Below are positions 13,308 through 25,651 of a stretch of 64,000 nt of DNA, in pieces (position 1 is the first letter of the stretch; every line of letters starts with the position of its first letter). The DNA lies in the NCBI GenBank assembly GCA_963693365.1, contig CAVNZM010000007.1, forward strand, positions 11,033,962 through 11,097,961. The letters run 5' to 3'. The position numbers and the translations under genes are program-made. Under the pieces are notes generated by a model that was not told where the DNA came from, made no database searches, and was given only the letters and a program-made list of their open reading frames with translations. The DNA is from Amoebidium appalachense. Taxonomy: Eukaryota > Protista > Ichthyosporea.

Positions 13308-14616
13308 TCACGACAGGGCACATGCCTCGGGCTTCTCTGTGCGCTTGCGCATGAGCTCCTCCATGTCCACCTTCTCCCCATTCTCATCGTACACGTCCAC
13401 CTGGAAGCACAGGAAGTACGACGCCCAGAACACAAGCAGCGCCATCAGCATCAGCGCCAGCGCTGCAAAGTTAAGGAAGGCCCCCGACGAGTAGAACTGC
13501 GCTATGTTCTGGCCGGCAAGCACGTCCACATTGGTCATGCCCGCGGGGGGGTTCCGTGCGTCGTTGGAAACGACATCGTTCCAGTTGTAGCCCTTAAACT
13601 CTCCGCCATCCACCAGGACGGCAGAGTTCTGCACAGACCATGTGTCAGATATCTTTTGGCTGTGCACATGGTAGCGTGCATGCGTGCCAAAGCATAAAGG
13701 CTGTGTGGAAGCACAAGCCAGGGGGTGGGGGCACATACAAACATGATGGAGTGTGCCGTGTTCCTGAAGACCACGGTGAGGGGGATCCAAAAGACCAGCC
13801 AGAAGACCACGGGGGCATGTGCGTACATGCCGAAGGTCATGTTTCTTGTCATGGCCAGGTAGACCAGGGGCACGGGCAGCAGGGTGATGAGGATGCACCA
13901 CACCTGCAGCCCCCGCACGGCCTTGATGCGCCCGTACTCGCTGCTGCTGATGTTCATGTGGTAGCCGCTGTTCACAAAATCCTCCAGCGGCATGCATATC
14001 TGTTCTGCACCGTTTGGCTCGCAGCCCTGCACACCCACACCGTCAGCACTTGCCTGTGGCTTCATTGGCGGCTGTGGCAGCAACTGTGGATGCAACGGAA
14101 AGAATGGTCTGGGGCCTAATAACTCTGAGAATGCAGATTCCGCAAACTGACGTTGGTTCCTACGGTTTGCAGAGGTTTTGGGGTCTTGCCTATGGTTTGT
14201 AGACAGTTTTTTTACGGTTGTTTTTAAGAAACTATGGATCTCAATTGTATTACAAATGATGCCGCAATAATGTCCATGTGCCCCCCCGAGGCTCACCCTC
14301 ACCGTCCACCAGCATCACTCCCAATACTCTCTCTCGCAGCCCGTCTACCGGCCTACCTGGCACCGTGGCATATGCAAAATCTAACATGGCATGGCTTTCC
14401 AAATCGCATGGTAAGCTGGCCATGGTGATCAAAGAGATTGAGGAACCTTTGAGACGAAGTTTAAAGAATTATTTTATCACTAGTGTATATCATTTCGGTC
14501 TTTATTCGCATTCTAGGACCCTATTATAAACAAGCCCTGCATGCGGCAGGGCTTGTTCAGGAATAACCCCCAGGGAGGGGAAGGGGGGGGGGGGGGGGGG
14601 GGGGCAGTGGGGTGGA

Positions 14617-14653
<37 letters not shown>

Positions 14654-15393
14654 ATCTCTTCAATTGAAAACAGATCATTGAGCAATATGCCGTGCATGCA
14701 ACTCAGAGGACTCGGGGGAGGGAGATGCTTGGCAATCTCTTCACAGGAGAGGGCTATTCAGACACAGGAACAACGAATAGACACACAGCGTATGCACGCT
14801 TAAATTCCGATATTGCGGATGGAAATTATTGCCGAGCTAGGGAGTCTTTTAAAGAAGGCAGCAAGGCTTCTTATTCTACAGCAGGCCACAGAGACCAGAA
14901 CACTGGTTCAACAAGTTGGTAATAAGTGTCATAATTGTTACGTACGTGTTCTTCACGTTGCACATATCAACAGGGATGTGCTTCAGCGCAAGTGTTGCAC
15001 GGCTGTAGTGATTTGAAGATTTCAATTCATTGAGAAGAAAGGCACGAAGGGACTCCCTGCATCTGATTCACATGTGTGACTGAAAGGGTTTGTTCGACCT
15101 GGTTCCCTGCATGCAGGCACGCACAACACAGTAAAACCATCAACGATTCTAGAATGGGCACGTGCACGCACACGCACCTTCCACAGGCCAAGGGTAAGGT
15201 CCTTCTCCTCCGCAAACCCTTGCGCGTGTCCTCGGGGCAGGGCCACCCACTGAGTGGACGCGCACGAAATGCACAGCACAACGAGGGCTCCAAGGTACAG
15301 CGCAAACATGGTGCCGCCTATCATGGGCACCATGCGCCGCTGGTACGTGAATTTGCTCTTGCCCTCCCCACCGGGCGCTGCTGGTGCCGCCAT
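13308..15393 (-). CDS. Four-TM claudin/PMP22-superfamily-like membrane protein. Exons 15393-15178, 13999-13739, 13628-13308
   Basis: TM1 (TMFALYLGALVVLCISCAS) is followed by TQW...LGLWK|IC (W...GLW-x-x-C motif), two adjacent TMs, a loop, TM4 (GAFLNFAALALMLMALLVFWASYFLCF) and a short charged tail. Phase-0 GT-AG junctions. Confidence 0.7.
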
Positions 15394-16485
15394 TCTGCAC
15401 AAACACACTATGCTACCTTCCTACGTGTCTGGTTTTTTCGTTCTGTAACTGAATTCAATCAACTCACACAGCGAAGACCTACGCTAGCGCTCTTTCGTGC
15501 TGCCGTTGTGACTGGCGGTTGACCAGCCACCTACCGTATATGTCCGTCCACAGCACAGGCAGCTGGGCGCACCATGCAGAAGCCACGTAAATTTCATGCG
15601 CGCCAATGGTCTTAGTTCTTTTCCCTGACGCACTTTTACTCTGGGGTGCAGGCTGTGCCGTTAGTTTTTAAATCAGAGGGTCTTTGTGTTTGGATGAACC
15701 AACAAGGGGCTGCCGGCTGCGCATTGGCTGTCAGCGCATCGGCAAAACAGCGCGTCGATCATCAGGTATGTGCTATTCCTCTACTAGTTGGTGTTCGAAG
15801 ATTAGTACAAAATTAGGCATTGTTAAAATAAAAAAATATCAAATAAACCTTTTTTTATGTATTTAATAGAATATATCATTTTTGAACGAAAACATTCAAT
15901 ATCGGCGACCTTGCAGAATGCAACACTGGATCTTTTACCCCCCTCTAGATTTCTCGGCGCATGGTTCGTTCTAAACCAATGGCACGTCGTCTTTGCATTT
16001 GTTTATTACGAAGAATGGAGATAGATCTGACACTGACAGTCTGACAGAGGCTGTGAGCGAAAGACCACCAGTATAATAGCCTGCCGAGACTCTGCTCTAG
16101 CAGAAATCTGCAAATAATCTGTTAATGTGCTGATAGATTTTCTAAAGGCTCGTCTGTTATGAAATGAGCCTAAAAACTATGCCGTTTTTACAAAACCGCC
16201 AACGCTCAGATAACATATCCGAGCTCGAGGGGCTAATCGGACACCAAAGCCGATGCGAGAGTCTCCCGGTGTCTCAAGACACTGTCCGTAGCAATAAAAT
16301 GCGTGTAACAATAACGACTCTCGAGCCCACGATGTGCACGCACTTGTCCCCACAACATATTGAAAGGGGGGGGTGGGGGGGTGGGGGGGGGGGGGGGGGG
16401 GAGGGGGACAACCTGGGAGGGGGGGGGGGGGGGGGGGGGGGGGCTGCGGGGGAGGGCGAGGGGGGGGGGGAGGCCGGGGCGGGGA

Positions 16486-16525
<40 letters not shown>

Positions 16526-16855
16526 CTACGTTAGCCTAAGATACCAAGACACTGCCCTGCACGCACGCACACAAACAATACTTGTACACACGCGGGCACA
16601 CGCACATCGCATGCACAAAGCCATGCGCAGTCGTGCACAAACATTGATGATACCTTCGAACAAAAACACGCGCACGTATGTACCCAAACACGTATGGCAC
16701 ACGCTAACACCCCCCTCCCCCCTCCCCCCCTCCCCCCTCTTCCGAATCCCTCCCTCCCCCAACCCCCCAACCCCCCCCCCCCCCCAAAACACCCCCCTTC
16801 CCCCTGAGGCTCCCCAAAACACACACACGCGCGCGCGCACACACACACATACACA

Positions 16856-16939
<84 letters not shown>

Positions 16940-17061
16940 TTTTTTATTTTTTTTATTATCCCGTTTTGTTCCCGGAGGGACCCCCCCAGGGGCCCTTATA
17001 AAAATTACCGTCTTCCACATGTACAGAGCACCAATTTGGCCCTAGTTAGGATGCTAAAAAT

Positions 17062-17158
<97 letters not shown>

Positions 17159-17238
17159 ACACACACACACACATACACACAAACAGACACAGACACACAC
17201 ACACACAAAAAAAAAGAAAAACACACATGCACGCACAG

Positions 17239-17271
<33 letters not shown>

Positions 17272-17745
17272 CACACACCACACGCACGCACACACGCGCA
17301 CACACAAACAAACACACAGGCTTACACACGCATCGTATATGTCCTAAACGCACATGCACACATCAGCGCACAAAGCATCCCACCGTGCACGTGACACGCA
17401 CATACCCACTCATGCACACTGTACACATACGCACGCCGCACACAAACACATGCACGCACATGCACGCACATGCACGCCCACACTCACGAACATGTACACG
17501 GCACCATGTGGCACAACATTCACGCAATCAAGAGTCTGTCACACAAACATGTTCACAGACAGACACACAATTGTGTTTAGAACACATGTACACACACGCA
17601 CACATTCATCAGCGGGAACACGCCTAAACAACACCACACACACACATGCGCACAGTGTCCCACACATGCATACCAGGTGACACTATCACAGACTCTGTGA
17701 CATACATACACACTGCATGTAGACTTCACATCACTCAATAACCCG

Positions 17746-17862
<117 letters not shown>

Positions 17863-18018
17863 CACACACACAAACACACACAGACACAGACACAGGGGTG
17901 CCCACGCGCGCACACACACACATGTACACACCTCGGCGCGCGCACACACACACACACGCAAGCATGCACACACACGGACACACACACACACACACACACA
18001 CCATGTGACACGCACACG

Positions 18019-18081
<63 letters not shown>

Positions 18082-18440
18082 ACAAACACACACACAAACA
18101 CACACAAACACACACACACAAGCACGCCACAGTGTCGTAGTGACAAACATACAAACATAAGCACGCATGTGCCCGTGCATGCACACGGTAACTGTCATGC
18201 ACTGCGAGCACATATACAAGCACCGACATACAAAACTGTTAGGGCTTAATTCAATCTCACCCCCCCCCCCCCCCCCCCCCCTCCCCGGTCCTCCCCCGTC
18301 CTCCTCTCCCCCCCCCCCTCTCCCCAATTCCCTTTTACCGCCCCCGCCCCCCTCCCCCCAAAGAAAATGCTTATGTGAATTAGTGAAAAGAATGTTTACC
18401 CCTTCCGTTTCCCCCACCTCTCCTTTCTCCCCCTGTGTTT

Positions 18441-18604
18441 GCAGAATAATTCTGCTTTTAGCGGAATAGTTCTGCCAAAACCTGAATGCTTTTTGCAAAA
18501 TAATTCTGCTTTTGCAGGATAATACCGCTTTTGCAGAATAATTCTGCTTTTTGCAGAATATTTGTGCTTTTTGCAGGTTGAATCAGCCGATGTGGTCAGG
18601 CCCT
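18441..18604 (-). mobile_element. Fragment of a dispersed non-autonomous DNA-transposon-like repeat (terminus plus ~20-bp GCAGAATWATTCTGC subterminal array)
   Basis: The reverse complement begins agggcctgaccacatcggctgattcaacctgc, matching the starts at 39114 and 39727, and is followed by tandem quasi-palindromes gcagaataattctgc. Confidence 0.65.
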
Positions 18605-19114
18605 TATCGCAGGCACTTCAATCAGACACAAATAGCAGCCCCCCCCCCCCCCCCCTTTCTCTCTCCCCCCCCCCCCCCGTCCCACCTTCCAAAACCTGTT
18701 CCCTGTGTGTCTCTTTCTCTCTCCCTCTGTGTGTGTGGGGGGGAGGGGGGGGGTGAGGAGGGGGGAAGGGGAGGAGTCCTCATAAAAACGGCGTCCCCCT
18801 GCCGTACAAACACCCCCCTGCCAGTGTCTGTGTGTCTGTGTGCATGGCCACCCACAGGTGAGTGCGTGTGTGCACACACACAGGTATGTATGTATGCGTG
18901 TGTATGTGTGTGTACTGTGTGTGTGTCCGGGGAACCGGAGTGGTGGTGGTGTGGGGGAAAGGGGGGGGGGGGGTTGGGGGAGGTGACTTCTGTCTTTGTT
19001 TGTATGTGAAGGTCAGTGTGGGTGTATACACCCGAGGATGCCGTTCTGTTTCAATGTGCCCATGTCCATCCATGTATGAGCCACATGGGCACACACACAC
19101 ACATGTGTGTGTGT

Positions 19115-19215
<101 letters not shown>

Positions 19216-20573
19216 TTTTAGGTGTCTGTAAGTGGTGTATGGCTGTGGGCCTGCCTCAGGGCAAAACAGAGTGGCTAACTCTGTCTGCGCGTTTGCAGGA
19301 AAGGTTTATCATCTCAGTTATGGTTTTATGTCAATGCCAGTTCTGTGGTAGTTTTTTTTTGTTTTGTGCTGTTCTTCTTTTTTGCGTGTTCATAAATTGG
19401 TGGTTTCTTATTGCAAGGCATGACCCAGGTGGGGTGCACATGAGTGGGTGGGTACCGGACGGGTGGGCATCAGGTTTTTATCGTTTGTTGCCCGGTGATC
19501 CTGCATGGCGGCAAGGAGCCTCACATGGCAAGCTCGTAACTTCTGAAGCTATGCCAAGCACATTCGCACCACCACACGGCGCCACGACTCTCAGGAGCTT
19601 TCCCTCTCACCAGGGCCTTTACTTTCCGAGGCTCGCCCTCCCCCCCCCCCCCCCCCCCCCCCCGGGGTTCCCCTCCCTCCACCCCGCCACAGCCCTTCCC
19701 AGCCCACCCACCCCCCTTCCCCCCACAGCCCTTCGCGTACCCGTGCCTCATTCCTCCCCCCCCCCCCCCCCCCCCCCCCTGCTCTCCCCCCCAGCTGCAC
19801 TTCCCCACCCGTGCGTCATTTCCTACCTCCCCCCCCCCCCCGTCCCTCCCCCCCCCCCCCCTCTTCCCCCATCCCCCTCCCCCCTCCCCCTCCCCCCCTC
19901 CCCCTCCCCCCAGCCCTTCCCCACCCGTCCCTCGCCCCTGGCCCTTCAAACCATCACTTCCACTACCTCTCTATGGCACGTCTCAGATCGACCTGAGGGG
20001 ACTGGGATAAGCAGGTGAGGTGGACATCAGGGAATAAGCACAAACTGCCTTGGTCGCGGATCCTAACCCCCCTCCCCCCTCCCCCCCCTTCGAGCTCCCC
20101 TCGCCGGGCACTCCGAGTCCCCTGCGCCACTCCCTCCCCAGGATGCGTGCCCCCCCCCCCCCACCCCACGCCACCCACACACCACCACCCATCCATGCAT
20201 GCACCCCTGCTCTAATCCAAACACATGTTCTCAGGCTACGCAGAAACCCGCCTGTGACCAAGTTCCTCGAGGATCCTATCTAATGGAATTCTACAAGCTG
20301 AAGCCTGGGCTGCAGGAAACAGCACTTGGAGGGTGATGGTGGAATTGGCTGCATACGGGCCAATACGGGCCGCATTTTACTGCCTCACTGTGGCTCATTG
20401 CCGTGCAGGCCCAGTGCACATACATACATCCAGATAGGCCTCAAAGATAAGAAGAAGTCATGTTGCTATCATTCACACATATGTATATCATAGTATGGCC
20501 CACCATCACAGACGGCAAGGGCATCATTCTTGCAGGGTGGGGTCTATATATAGCCTCGATGGTCATGGCACAT

Positions 20574-20786
20574 GCTAAAAATAGCTATAGCGTCCAGGGT
20601 AGTATACCATACAGGTCTAAAAATAGCTATAGCGTCCAGGGTAGCATGCCATACTGGGCTAAAAATAGCTATAGCGTCCAGGGTAGCATGCCATACAGGG
20701 CTAACAATAGCTACAGCGTCCAGGGTAGCATGTCATACAGGGCTAAAAATAGCTATAGCGTCCAGGGTAGCATGCCATACAGGGCT
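20574..20786. repeat. 42-bp minisatellite, 5 copies
   Basis: Unit gctaaaaatagctatagcgtccagggtagcatgccatacagg, starting at 20574, 20616, 20658, 20700 and 20742, with a few substitutions. Confidence 0.95.
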
Positions 20787-22507
20787 GCAATGTTGTTGGG
20801 GGCCAGGCCGGGCAACACTTGGGGCTGGGCTGGGGGTGGGGTAGGCAGCAGGGGGGCTATCTGGCGCTGCAGGGGGGAGGGGGTGTGAGTGTGGGCCCGT
20901 GCACAAGGAGGCAAAATGTTTGCTGCCAAGGGAAGTAGGAGCACAGACACAGCCCAAGTTCGTCACATGTTGCTGTGCTCTGCTTTATATGGTCACCCTA
21001 GCCCATGATACAAGTGGTTCGATGGGTGTTTTGATGGCCTCGTAACAAGCGCATGCCACCAGGTGGGGGTTTAGTGGAATGCCTCTGCCTTGTTTTGCAA
21101 GGCCGGAGATAGGTTGTGGGTGTCTGGTGTGAAGAACAAAAGAAGAAAAATGGAGTCTCACGTTAATGTCCCAAACACATATGCCAAGCGGCAACACTCA
21201 TCGACTGCCCTCACATCCTACCCATGCACAACATATCTGCCAACCCGGGTTGCTAGGCAACAGCCAACCAACACACACCTTGGGCACGGGCACTTCTGGG
21301 CGCCTGCGAGGCGCCTGCGGTGGATCTTCCTGTGGGCCATGTGCAGGGGCCTGGGTGTCTTGTTGAGCCGCTCATACAACCCACAGGCGTTGCACAGCAC
21401 TCGCTCACCCGTGCGCCGCCACATGGTTGTTTCCTGCACCTTAACCGTCAGATCCATGCATGTGATTGGCTGGCGAGCATCAAATGGCCCAAGGTTGCAT
21501 GCCACACCCACTGGTGTTCTCGCATATGCTACATGGTGCCCATGTGATTGTGCATTCGTATAGCCAAGTGTGCATGTGCTTGGGTGGGTGCATGTGTGCG
21601 GGTGGATATGCACATGTGTATGCACGTGGGTGGGTTTGTCCATGTGGGTGTGCTTGAGCATGTTTGCACAACTTCATATCCCTAGCGAGCGTGCACATGT
21701 GTATGTGCTAAGATAGGTGCACCCGTGCATGTGCTCAGAAGTGTGTGCACAAGTGCATCTGCCCAGGGTGGTTCGCAGGTGCATGGCGTGCGATTGTGTG
21801 GGTGTGTGCACATGTGCATATATAGTCGGTGGGTGTGTGCGCATGTGCATATATAGTCGGTGGGTGTGTGCACATGTGCATATATAGTCGGTGGGTGTGC
21901 AAGCATTGCATGGTGTAGGACATAGGTGCTTGTGCATATATAGTCGGTGGGTGTACAAGCATTGCATGGTGTAGGACATAGGAGCATGTGCATATATAGT
22001 CGGTGGGTGTGCAAGCATTGCATGGTGTAGGACATAGGTGCATGTGCATGCAGCATGGGTGCACACGTGCATGCAGCATGGGTGGATGTGCACACGTGCA
22101 TGTCCCCGGGTGGGTGCAAACATGCTTGTGCTATGCTTGGGGAGGAGGGGGAGGGGGGGGGGGGGGGGGGGGGAGTGGATCCGAGGGTGCACGTGTGTGT
22201 GTGTGTATGTGTATGTGTGTGTGTGTGTGTGTGTGCAACACGCACATGCCCGTTTGCTTGTGCAGCGCAAATGTGCTTGCTTATTGATTGGCATACAGTC
22301 CTAGTGTAGCAATGCAGTAGAGCTGGCTGCACACGTGACCCTCACTCTGATGTGAAAAATCTGGCACAAAACACACGCAGAAATGCCTCCAAATCAACAG
22401 CAGCATAGCCGATATTTGTGTGTAAATGTTTGTGCTCTTGCTGCTGAAAGCGCATCTTCCCTTTGCCCGTCCCGTCCCCAGCGGCAGCAAAAGGCAGCGA
22501 CAACAAA

Positions 22508-22543
<36 letters not shown>

Positions 22544-23310
22544 AAAGAAAGAAAGGGGGGGGAAAAAATCAAAAAATCAAAAAAAAAACATAACAAAAGG
22601 GAAATAACTGTTTAAGGTAAAAATTGGTGCAGGCAAGCGCGGCAATCATTTCCCATAAATTCACTAGCTAGCAGGCCAGGTGCCATAGACTGACCAGCTG
22701 AATAGTTTTTTTTTTTTTGCACGTGTTTATTTGGGAAGCAGCAGCACACACGTGCATGGCGACAGACACCCACCTGGGTCATGCAGTTGGCGCATATCTG
22801 TGCCGGGCTGCACGTGTCGTGCACGTCTGTGTGTGCCTCGTCCTCGTCGTGCTTGACAGCCACCCCCTCGTCTGCGTGTGCACTCAGAGTAGGGGATGGC
22901 GGGTGCGAGGCAGACACGGTCGGGGCATGGGAGCACTGCGAGAGCGGCGAGGATGGCTCTGATGGCGGCCAGCCAGCCTCGCTAATGTTTGCCATAGGTT
23001 CGTGGCCATGCATGGCCGGCTGCTTCTGCATGGGCATGGCTGCTGCAGCCTGCTGGGCCAGGGGCAGGACCAAAGGCGCAGGACCAGCGTAATGGCCCAA
23101 TGCAGCCAGCTGCAGCAGCTGGGTGTGTGCCATGTGCACGGCCAGTGTGTACGTGTACAACCCCAAGTATGTGTCCGTCCCAAACAAGCCCGGTGCCATG
23201 CCCATCCCAAGAATACTCGCCATGTCCTCTGTGCCAGATTCATCAAACCCCCTCGGCCAGCTAGCACTGCCGTCGGGCGCATCGTACGCCGTGGGATCCA
23301 TGTTTCTCAT
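20753..23310 (-). CDS. GATA-type zinc-finger transcription factor (single finger). Exons ~23310-22774 and 21434-~21280; last exon (~20866-20753) uncertain
   Basis: Spliced finger CANCMTQ|ETTMWRRTGERVLCNACGLYERLNKTPRPL followed by a basic tail RKIHRRR. N-terminus rich in Q/A/P/S. I could not resolve the phase of the 3' junction. Confidence 0.85.
21810..22040. repeat. Intronic minisatellite (~30-bp and ~57-bp related units)
   Basis: Repeated gcatatatagtcggtgggtgt core, plus aagcattgcatggtgtaggacatagg. Confidence 0.8.
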
Positions 23311-24884
23311 AATCATTTTCTAAACTCACTGCTAGGCCTCACCTGACTCCTACAAATTGTCTCGTGTCCACACATGCAATCGAGTGGCAGTGGTCCGTCG
23401 AAGGACTGCATCATGTTCGTCCAGCCAGGCCCGTGCCAGTCGCAACTTTCCCAAGCCCAGCCTCTCCCGCCTTGACGGGAGCGTGATGCGCAGCCAATTA
23501 CGGTGCAGTGAATGAGCATGAACCAATATGATGTCGGGGCCTAACGTTATACTCCGATTGGCTAACAGAACATGTACGTGGCTCGCGCGTTTCTTTTATA
23601 GGTAAGAATATATGACAATTGATGTTGTCTAAAAGGCGTTATATTTCTACTTATCCCGTTCTACATCTATAAATTAGTTGCGAATGTTGACATAATTCAC
23701 ATGTGCCTTACACCCCTCATGTCCACGTAGTCTAGTGATAACTGAAAAATGGCTAAAAAAATTCCTTAGATTGCAGCCAATCAGTATTGCTAAAATAATA
23801 GACCAAGTGCGACCACGTGGCCATATGCGTCACTAGTAACCAATGAATGACCGCTTTTTTATAAACACGGATCGCCTCTTCGCCAATCAGCTGCCTGGGG
23901 CCAGAATTAGTACAGGGTGTGCAATTTGAACTCTCAGCTTACGCAGGCTTTTGCAGCAGCTACATACGGACGTGTGCTAGGTTGGCAGTATCATCTCTGT
24001 GCTCACCATAAGGTCATCGTGTTACAAACAGTTCTCTGGGGTAGTATTATATAGCTCTAGCTTTGCTAGACCACAGGTTGAACCTAAAATGCCTCAAGTA
24101 CTTTAGTAGAAAACTGAGGGGCATTACGTCATGATCAGCGCAGGGTATGAAATTCATTCTGATAGCTCTAATGTGACCAGCATGATATTCCAGAAGTGGT
24201 AACGGCTACTTGGGGGTTACTAATCCAATTTTCTCTGATCATCCTTCTGTAAACATTTTTTTTCACCTTTGCAAATTGGTTTCACTGTGCAGTGTTCATC
24301 TGAGCCCGGCCCCGCAATTATATGGCATAGGGTTGACGCGATGTTTCCTGAGCTCACGCTCGATCAACGTACAGTGCGTAGGCCAGCTAGCTAGGCCAGT
24401 GCTCTTCGCCGCCGCCAAAAAAAAAGGCTTTGCAAAATTGCAAGTTGACTGGGACGGTCAGTCTGACGTCGACACTGTCGACAGTCAGACTAACCCCTAT
24501 TGAATGTGCTAATATATATATTTGTATTTACACCATATTTTGATAGTCTTCTACTTACTACAGTGTGCATTTATGAACCCCTGTCGTGCCATATTATGCA
24601 CATACAATTGCCACACAGTGTACATGAGCTCCATGCCGCTGCCGCATGCAGACCACTGTGATGATATCGATGCCGGCCAGTGCTGAGCGCTCCCAGCCCA
24701 TAGCCAACTCAGGGTTCGAATTTTAGTTTCGAGTGGGTGGGCCAACTGGTTCTTTGGGGTGGGGGGGGGGGGAATGTGCTGTTTATTAACATGATCACGG
24801 TGAGCTGTGATGAGATGTCGGCTTGAAGGCCAACAGTACTTCCACCCAACAAGATATACATGTACAAATCGATGTTACACTTAC

Positions 24885-25651
24885 TGTTGGAGTACACTGG
24901 TACTCCCGGCTAGCAATGTCTGTTAGAGAAAGTTTTCTGAGCAATTGAATAACTGTTTCAACACTCACTCGAGTGCATAGAGCTTTTGTTTACGGTCATA
25001 TTCATATATGGTAGTTATATGTTTGAGCCAAAACTGTACCAATGACGAGCTTCACTAGCAACGTACTAATTGTGCTCTCTTTTCGGCTATTCCCGGTTCA
25101 GATGATGTCATGTCTATATTTGCCACAGGATTCTATTCTTAGAGTGGTAGTGTGCTTTATTCCCGGATATTCTCAGAATAATTTTAGTTGTGTGAAGCAA
25201 GATTTACGTTTAACTGCAATTGGTGTGTTAAACACGTTTATTTGTGTGCTTTAGTGCAAGTTAACTAGCCACTCAACGTGCACAGTTAACTTTTATATCT
25301 TTAACGACTTGTTTTCATTGTGCTCTCTTTTCGGCCATGCTGTACATGGCCCACCACCAGGGTGCACACGAGGCCACCATGAGGTGGCCAACGACTATAT
25401 AAAGCAGTGCCTCCCATGTCACAAACATGGGAAGCAGAACGTTTGATTTACACTTTTCTACTGTCGTTTCCAGTGCACAAAACACATAGACTAGTTACCC
25501 ATCATACACGACACTATGTCTGACAACTTACAGTTGCAGCAACTAGTCCAACTACTGGAGCAGAGGTTGGCCTCACAAGATGCAATCATTTCTGACTTAC
25601 AGAAGGAACAACGTGCACTAGAACTAGCTTCTATGAACACAATGTCCAACA
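24885..25651 (+). repeat. 5' LTR (TATA-like CTATATAAAG at ~25395)
   Basis: Direct repeat of 30002-30768. I saw only two substitutions by eye. Confidence 0.97.

Noticed and set aside
14650-15020. Short ORFs inside the claudin-like gene's first intron
   Set aside because: No recognisable similarity or splice logic; probably a decayed insertion.
20574-20786. 42-bp repeat as a CRISPR array
   Set aside because: Units are contiguous with no unique spacers, there are no cas genes, and the context is eukaryotic.
25042-25254. 70-aa ORF present twice (also 30159-30371)
   Set aside because: Duplicated only because it lies in the LTR U3 region; no recognisable protein features.
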